Position numbers and translations under genes: made by a program
DNA from: Camelus dromedarius
Taxonomy: Eukaryota
Assembly (NCBI RefSeq): GCF_036321535.1
Contig: NC_087444.1
Coordinates: 37,200,001 to 37,264,000, forward strand
Length of the DNA: 64,000 bases
Reading direction: 5' to 3'
The notes under the pieces: generated by a model
The model's input: the letters and a program-made list of their open reading frames with translations, nothing else
Databases searched by the model: none
Told to the model about the DNA's origin: nothing
In this document: positions 59,466-64,000 of the stretch, in pieces
Layout: every line of letters begins with the position of its first letter
Position numbering within the stretch: position 1 is the stretch's first letter

Positions 59466-61055
59466 TTAACTCCCCTTGTAATATGCATCAATTGAGTCTG
59501 AGTTAAAATACACCACCGTGACGGTGATATCATCCCTGTACATCCTCGCCAAATCCTCCGGTAAAGTCAGCATCGCTGTCAGCCGCTCCGGCTCCAACTC
59601 CCCATACTCGTTGCTTCCTATGGCGTATCTGATCAGACGTGTGGCTGCGTTTTGGTCAGCAGCATGGAGCCCTTGGGCTTTCCTCTGCAGCAGCAGGCTC
59701 TGCATGAGTCCCAGATTGGCAGGTCTCTGGGCCAGGTCGGGCTTGTGCCGACCCGCTTCCGCCAAGTGCTCCACCACCAGCCTCACCACATCCTCATTGC
59801 CCAGCACATCCCATAGGCCATCTGAGGCGAGCACAAGGAACTTATCCTGGGGCCTCAGCCTGTGGTATGTGACCTCAGGCCTAGCTGTCAGGTAAGGGGG
59901 AGTATAGTAGTGGGGGGGGGTGAACTGGTAAATGTTGAGGGCCTCGGTGTCAAAGCCACTCTCCAGGACGCTGCGCTGCAGCTCTTTACTCCACTTCAGC
60001 TGGACGTCCCCAAATGCCCTGCAGGGCATGAGGACGCCCAGCAGCCTGTTGTCCATGATGACTGTCCTGTCCTCTGACTCAGGATGCTCCCTCTTTAGCC
60101 GTGACAGTTCGGTTGGGTTCCAGGCATTGTGGTCCCGGGTGAGGGGCAGACAAGACCATATGCCATTGTCCTCTTGGACACCAAGGATGGCCCGGCAGTC
60201 ACCAGCATTTGCCACATGCAAGTGAACTCCGTCGACGTGGGCCATACAAGCTGTTGCCCCAGAGAAAGCAACCTGTAGTGAAAGGTTCCTGGTCATCTCA
60301 TCTTCCAGGGGGACCTGGATCTCTAGCGAGATGTCAGAATCCAGTCTCTGGAAGGAGTACATCAATGCTTCCTCAATGTTCAGCCCCATTTCCATGTGCA
60401 GGTCAAGCAGCTCCTGCCAGTAGACACGGAGGTGATCAAGGTGCACTGATGTGACATCCTTGTAGATACTGTCCCCTGGGTGCTTGAGCCACTGCAGAAT
60501 GGGCAGCAGGGGCTTCATGCTTTCCATCGCCCCCTCCATCTGTTCCAGGGTCTGCTGGGACATCAGTGACACTGCCACGTAGTAGAAGAGCCTCTCACTC
60601 ACTGCTTGAGCANNNNNNNNNNNNNNNNNNNNNNNNNNNNNNNNNNNNNNNNNNNNNNNNNNNNNNNNNNNNNNNNNNNNNNNNNNNNNNNNNNNNNNNN
60701 NNNNNNNNNNNNNNNNNNNNNNNNNNNNNNNNNNNNNNNNNNNNTTTGGGACTCCATTAATGAGGTCAAGAATCTTGTGGGCCAACTCACCGGCTCGCAG
60801 CACCTCATTTACCTGCTCAGGGCTGAGCTGCAAGTGAAAATCTTCTTCTGTTGACATGTGTCTGTAGGCTTTCTGCAGAGCAAAGCCACCACACGGGGCA
60901 CTGTTTTTTAGGGTAGCTGGTCCCCAGGCAGAGAGCCTCCATTTTGATTTATCCCTATTTGAGGCACATCTTGTATATAAACGTTGTCCTCCTCGTAATG
61001 TGGCAATGCTGTTCCTTGCAGAATTTAAAATCCAGTAGGACACAGTACTTGACAT
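59466..61055 (-). CDS. PDP2: Pyruvate dehydrogenase phosphatase catalytic subunit 2, single coding exon, 529 aa
   Basis: ATG at 61055 (MSSTVSYWILNS). PPM motifs ANAGDCRA, RAFGD, ASDGLWD, RDDITV. The DGH motif falls in the N-gap 60613-60744. Acceptor ttccag at 61110/61109. Confidence 0.97.
   Translation of the reverse strand: MSSTVSYWILNSARNSIATLRGGQRLYTRCASNRDKSKWRLSAWGPATLKNSAPCGGFALQKAYRHMSTEEDFHLQLSPEQVNEVLRAGELAHKILDLINGVPXXXXXXXXXXXXXXXXXXXXXXXXXXXXXXXXXXXXXXXXXXXXXAQAVSERLFYYVAVSLMSQQTLEQMEGAMESMKPLLPILQWLKHPGDSIYKDVTSVHLDHLRVYWQELLDLHMEMGLNIEEALMYSFQRLDSDISLEIQVPLEDEMTRNLSLQVAFSGATACMAHVDGVHLHVANAGDCRAILGVQEDNGIWSCLPLTRDHNAWNPTELSRLKREHPESEDRTVIMDNRLLGVLMPCRAFGDVQLKWSKELQRSVLESGFDTEALNIYQFTPPHYYTPPYLTARPEVTYHRLRPQDKFLVLASDGLWDVLGNEDVVRLVVEHLAEAGRHKPDLAQRPANLGLMQSLLLQRKAQGLHAADQNAATRLIRYAIGSNEYGELEPERLTAMLTLPEDLARMYRDDITVTVVYFNSDSIDAYYKGS
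60613..60744. other. N-gap of 132 nt inside the PDP2 CDS
   Basis: Frame is preserved across the gap (AA + 132 N + T = 45 codons). Confidence 0.99.
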
Positions 61056-61407
61056 TCTGAAACTGTACAAGAAAATGTGTTTCTTCAGCAAAAAGTTTTT
61101 TCTTTAAACCTGGAAATTAAGAGTTTAAGAAACTTTTAAATTTAATTTTTTAAAAATACTGACTTCTGAAAGTCGGTTAATCTCAAAATACTTAAGCAAG
61201 TCTCCCTACCTCCTACTGTAACATATAAACACATTCCAGCAAATGTAGAAATCAGGGTTTTAAAACCTCTGCTCTTACAGAATCACAGAGGGCTTTTCCC
61301 AAGGGCCCCCTTTCCTTCTTCCCAAATCCTTTTCCTTGCCAGAGCCCAGTGCCAAGCTCCGGGGTTCACACTCACCAGTAGGTGTTAAGTGTTTGCATAA
61401 ATGTAAG

Positions 61408-61860
61408 CTCTCTTTCTTACTCCCTGGCCATCTTGGTGGCTGCTCTTGGTTGGGGGACATCTAGCACCTAAGGCAGGAAGACAGTGGCAGCAAAGAAGAC
61501 GGAAAAGTCGCTGGAGTCGGATCAACACTAGGCTTCACTTGTTAGGGAAAGTGGAGTGGAAGGTATGTACTGGGGTACAAGCGGACTCTGAAAATGATCA
61601 GACGAGGCAAAGTGAACCTCGTCATCCTTGCCAACAACTGCCCAGCCTTGAGGAAATCTGAAATAGAGTACCCCACCATGTTGGCCGAAACTGGGTCCAT
61701 TACTACTGGACAATAGTGGTGGCAATAATATTGAATTGGGAATAGCATGTAGAAAATACTACAGAGTGCACATTGGCTATCATGGATCCAGGTGATTAGA
61801 AGCTATGTGAAAAGTAAATCATGCAAAACAATTTTCTTTAATAAAACTGGCCAGAGCTTA
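61408..61860 (+). pseudogene. RPL30: Processed RPL30 pseudogene in PDP2 intron 1, antisense to PDP2
   Basis: Intronless copy with 5'TOP-like ctctctttct and 5'UTR ..cctaaggcaggaag; ATG changed to ACA at 61481. Pieces [61 protein letters not shown]. Several indels and a stop; AATAAA at 61840-61845. Confidence 0.95.
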
Positions 61861-61891
61861 TCTATCTATCTATCTATATATCTATAAATCC

Positions 61892-61936
<45 letters not shown>
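61861..61936. repeat. Compound (TCTA)n/(TA)n microsatellite at the retrocopy 3' end
   Basis: Directly follows the RPL30 3'UTR, where a poly(A) tail is expected. Confidence 0.9.
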
Positions 61937-61940
<4 letters not shown>

Positions 61941-62679
61941 TGCATGCTCCATAAATTCAGGAACCATGGCTGTCTTTACTCACCAGTGGCTCTCCAGTGC
62001 CCAGCCCTGTACCTGGTACAACAAGCCCTCAAACACTGGCTAAACATGGCAATTCCAGAGGCCCCAAAGCACACTGAAGTATGAGACTAGCTGTCTAGCA
62101 TCAGACACACTACCTCACTTGCCTGAGCTCCAGCTGTCCATCAGTGCAGTGGGAATACTAGTTTCACAAAGTTTTGTGAGGATTTAATGAAATATAATCC
62201 TTCCACTCCAAAAAGGGTATTATTACTTCTATCCTTAGGTGTATCACTGGGGATTTAAAGGTAGTTTTCAGTGGCTATTTATAAAACACCAAACTGCAAT
62301 GCTTAATTCATCAACCTTTTCCTCACTTAGGTTTTAACCTACTTATTTTCCAAGGCTAGAATCAGTAGGTCAAATGGTGTAGACTCATACTGCCAAACTG
62401 ATTTCCAGAAGGTTCAAATCTGCCTCCACAGGGCATGAAGGAAACAGTTTCCTAGTACCTTCAACAGCTTCTGGTGATAATTTTCTTTAGACAAAAAAAA
62501 AAGCTGCTCTAATTTCTATTTTCTCTGGTGACCAGGGAGGAGGAGCATTTCCACGTGTTTTCGGATTTCGTTTATGAATCCTGCCCTCCTCAAGTTTGTC
62601 GGTTGGGGTATCCAGAGCTCCCACACTTTAGGACTCCCTCTCTCTCCCCAGCCCACGCCGCTAAACTAGGGGCAGGAGC

Positions 62680-63660
62680 AGTCCGTCAGGGCGCGCAGAG
62701 GGCGCCTCCCCAGCTACCTCCTCAAGCCCTGCAGAGAAGCCGGGCAGCAATGCCGGACGCAAGGCGACTTGCCACAGCCCAGACCCAATTTCGCGTATCT
62801 AAAGAAAACAGGTTCTAAAATCAAGTCTCTGACCCACAGCCTTATAGATAAGAGCGCGGCCTCCGGAGTCCACCAAGCCAGATCTCCCTCAAACCCTGGC
62901 GAGGCCACGTGCCTGAGCCCCAGCTTCCCATCCAGCCTAGAAATTAAGGGAATTAAGTCGAGATGCCGAGCTCACAGGGGTGTTCCAAGGGCTCAAACTG
63001 CTAGTGCGGGTGTCTCGGTACGCAGCCAAGTATTCTCCGAGAGGCCACGAGCCCACGTGGCGCGTGCGCGAAAGAGGGGTGACGGTAGTTGTGGCCACCG
63101 CTCTTCCCAGTCCGCCGCGGCCCCGCCCCCTCACCTTACCTCGGCTCTCCACCCCATCACCTGAGCGGATGCCGCGGGCCGGAGTGGACCTGGCGCGGGC
63201 AAGGCCCGGAAAGGTTAGAGGTTTTCACATTCTACGCTCGTCCCGTTCCCTACCTTGGACCCTCGCCCGCCACTCACCTGCTTGTGCCAAGGCCGCCGGG
63301 TCGGTCCCTTCAATTCCGCGACCACATACAGTGCTTCGGCTGCCGCCACCCTGGACTCGCCTCCCTGAACGGACCTCGTACTGATCCTGCTCAAGGAAGC
63401 AGCCTCTCGCAAGCTTTTATTGGTTAATCTGCGGAGGCGGGCCCTTGACGGACAGCGGAGTTGCCCAATGGCGGAGGAGGGCTAGGGGGCGGAACCCAGA
63501 GGCGCCAAATCCGGTTCCTCCCCACTCTCCCTCGCCCACCCCCGCCCACCCCCACCCACCCCCGGGGCTCTGTGGGTAGGCTGGGCGCGGGACTTCGGAA
63601 CCAGGCAGCCATGTGATCGAGCACCACACCACGTGACCGCCCCTATTCTGCACACCCTAA
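62680..63660 (-). promoter_or_regulatory. PDP2: PDP2 CpG-island promoter and non-coding first exon
   Basis: CpG-rich. Minus-strand donors cag/GTGAGT at 63278/63277 and gag/GTAAGG at 63140/63139. CCAAT boxes at about 63420 and 63465, GC boxes, CACGTG at 63054 and about 63630, NRF1-like GCGCGTGCGCG at 63060-63070. Confidence 0.8.
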
Positions 63661-64000
63661 ACCCCGCAGGCTCTCCCATTCCTCACTGTTAATAATACTC
63701 CATGGCTTCCTCTCCATTGCTGTGCTGACCAGTCCAGACCCCTCTCCCAGGCGCCACACTTTTACATATCCACTTGGAGGTCTCCTTCTGGAGGCCCTTG
63801 TACTCTTTAAACTCAGTTTGCCCGGAATTCATCCTTTTGCCAAACCTGCCAAACCCACGCCCCAAGTCTGGGAGTCATTTTGATTCCTCTCCCCTCAACC
63901 CTACCTTTCTTTTGTCAGTTATCTAATCCTGTTAATCTCATCTCCCAAATATCTCTGCAGTCCAAACATTTGCCTTTAGCTACTCTACCACTTTATTTCT

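Noticed and set aside
61056-61091. 12-residue N-terminal extension of PDP2 in the ORF track
   Set aside because: It starts at a non-ATG codon in the 5'UTR. The ATG at 61055 gives the expected 529 aa.
61390-61944. tgtttgcat on both sides of the RPL30 retrocopy as a TSD
   Set aside because: Only 9 bp, and the left copy does not abut the 5' end; too weak to call.

Overview
Mammalian genomic DNA, most likely a camelid (inferred from two short tRNA-derived SINEs of the camelid type). It is the conserved block CES3(-)-CES2(-)-CIAO2B/FAM96B(+)-RRAD(+)-CDH16(+)-PDP2(-), syntenic with human 16q22.1. I spliced all six genes by hand. CIAO2B (163 aa), RRAD (308 aa), CDH16 (829 aa) and PDP2 (529 aa) are intact at their orthologue lengths; PDP2 has an N-gap of exactly the expected size. 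The main signal is that both carboxylesterases look disabled. CES2 has an in-frame TAG 19 codons before the catalytic Ser, plus a 2-nt frameshift in the last exon that removes the HTEL ER-retention signal. CES3 has Lys at the catalytic-triad Glu position and an exon-8 acceptor changed from CAG to CAA. Other points: a U12-type AT-AC intron in CIAO2B, a divergent pair of strong CTCF motifs between CES3 and CES2, a p53-type element inside a MIR upstream of RRAD, an HNF1 site at CDH16, an RPL30 retrocopy in PDP2 intron 1, a solo ERV LTR, and many L1/L2/MIR fragments. I found no CRISPR array, rRNA, real tRNA gene or novel protein family, and I cannot support a wholly new biological system. Orthologue comparisons are from memory, not from database searches, and repeat boundaries are approximate.
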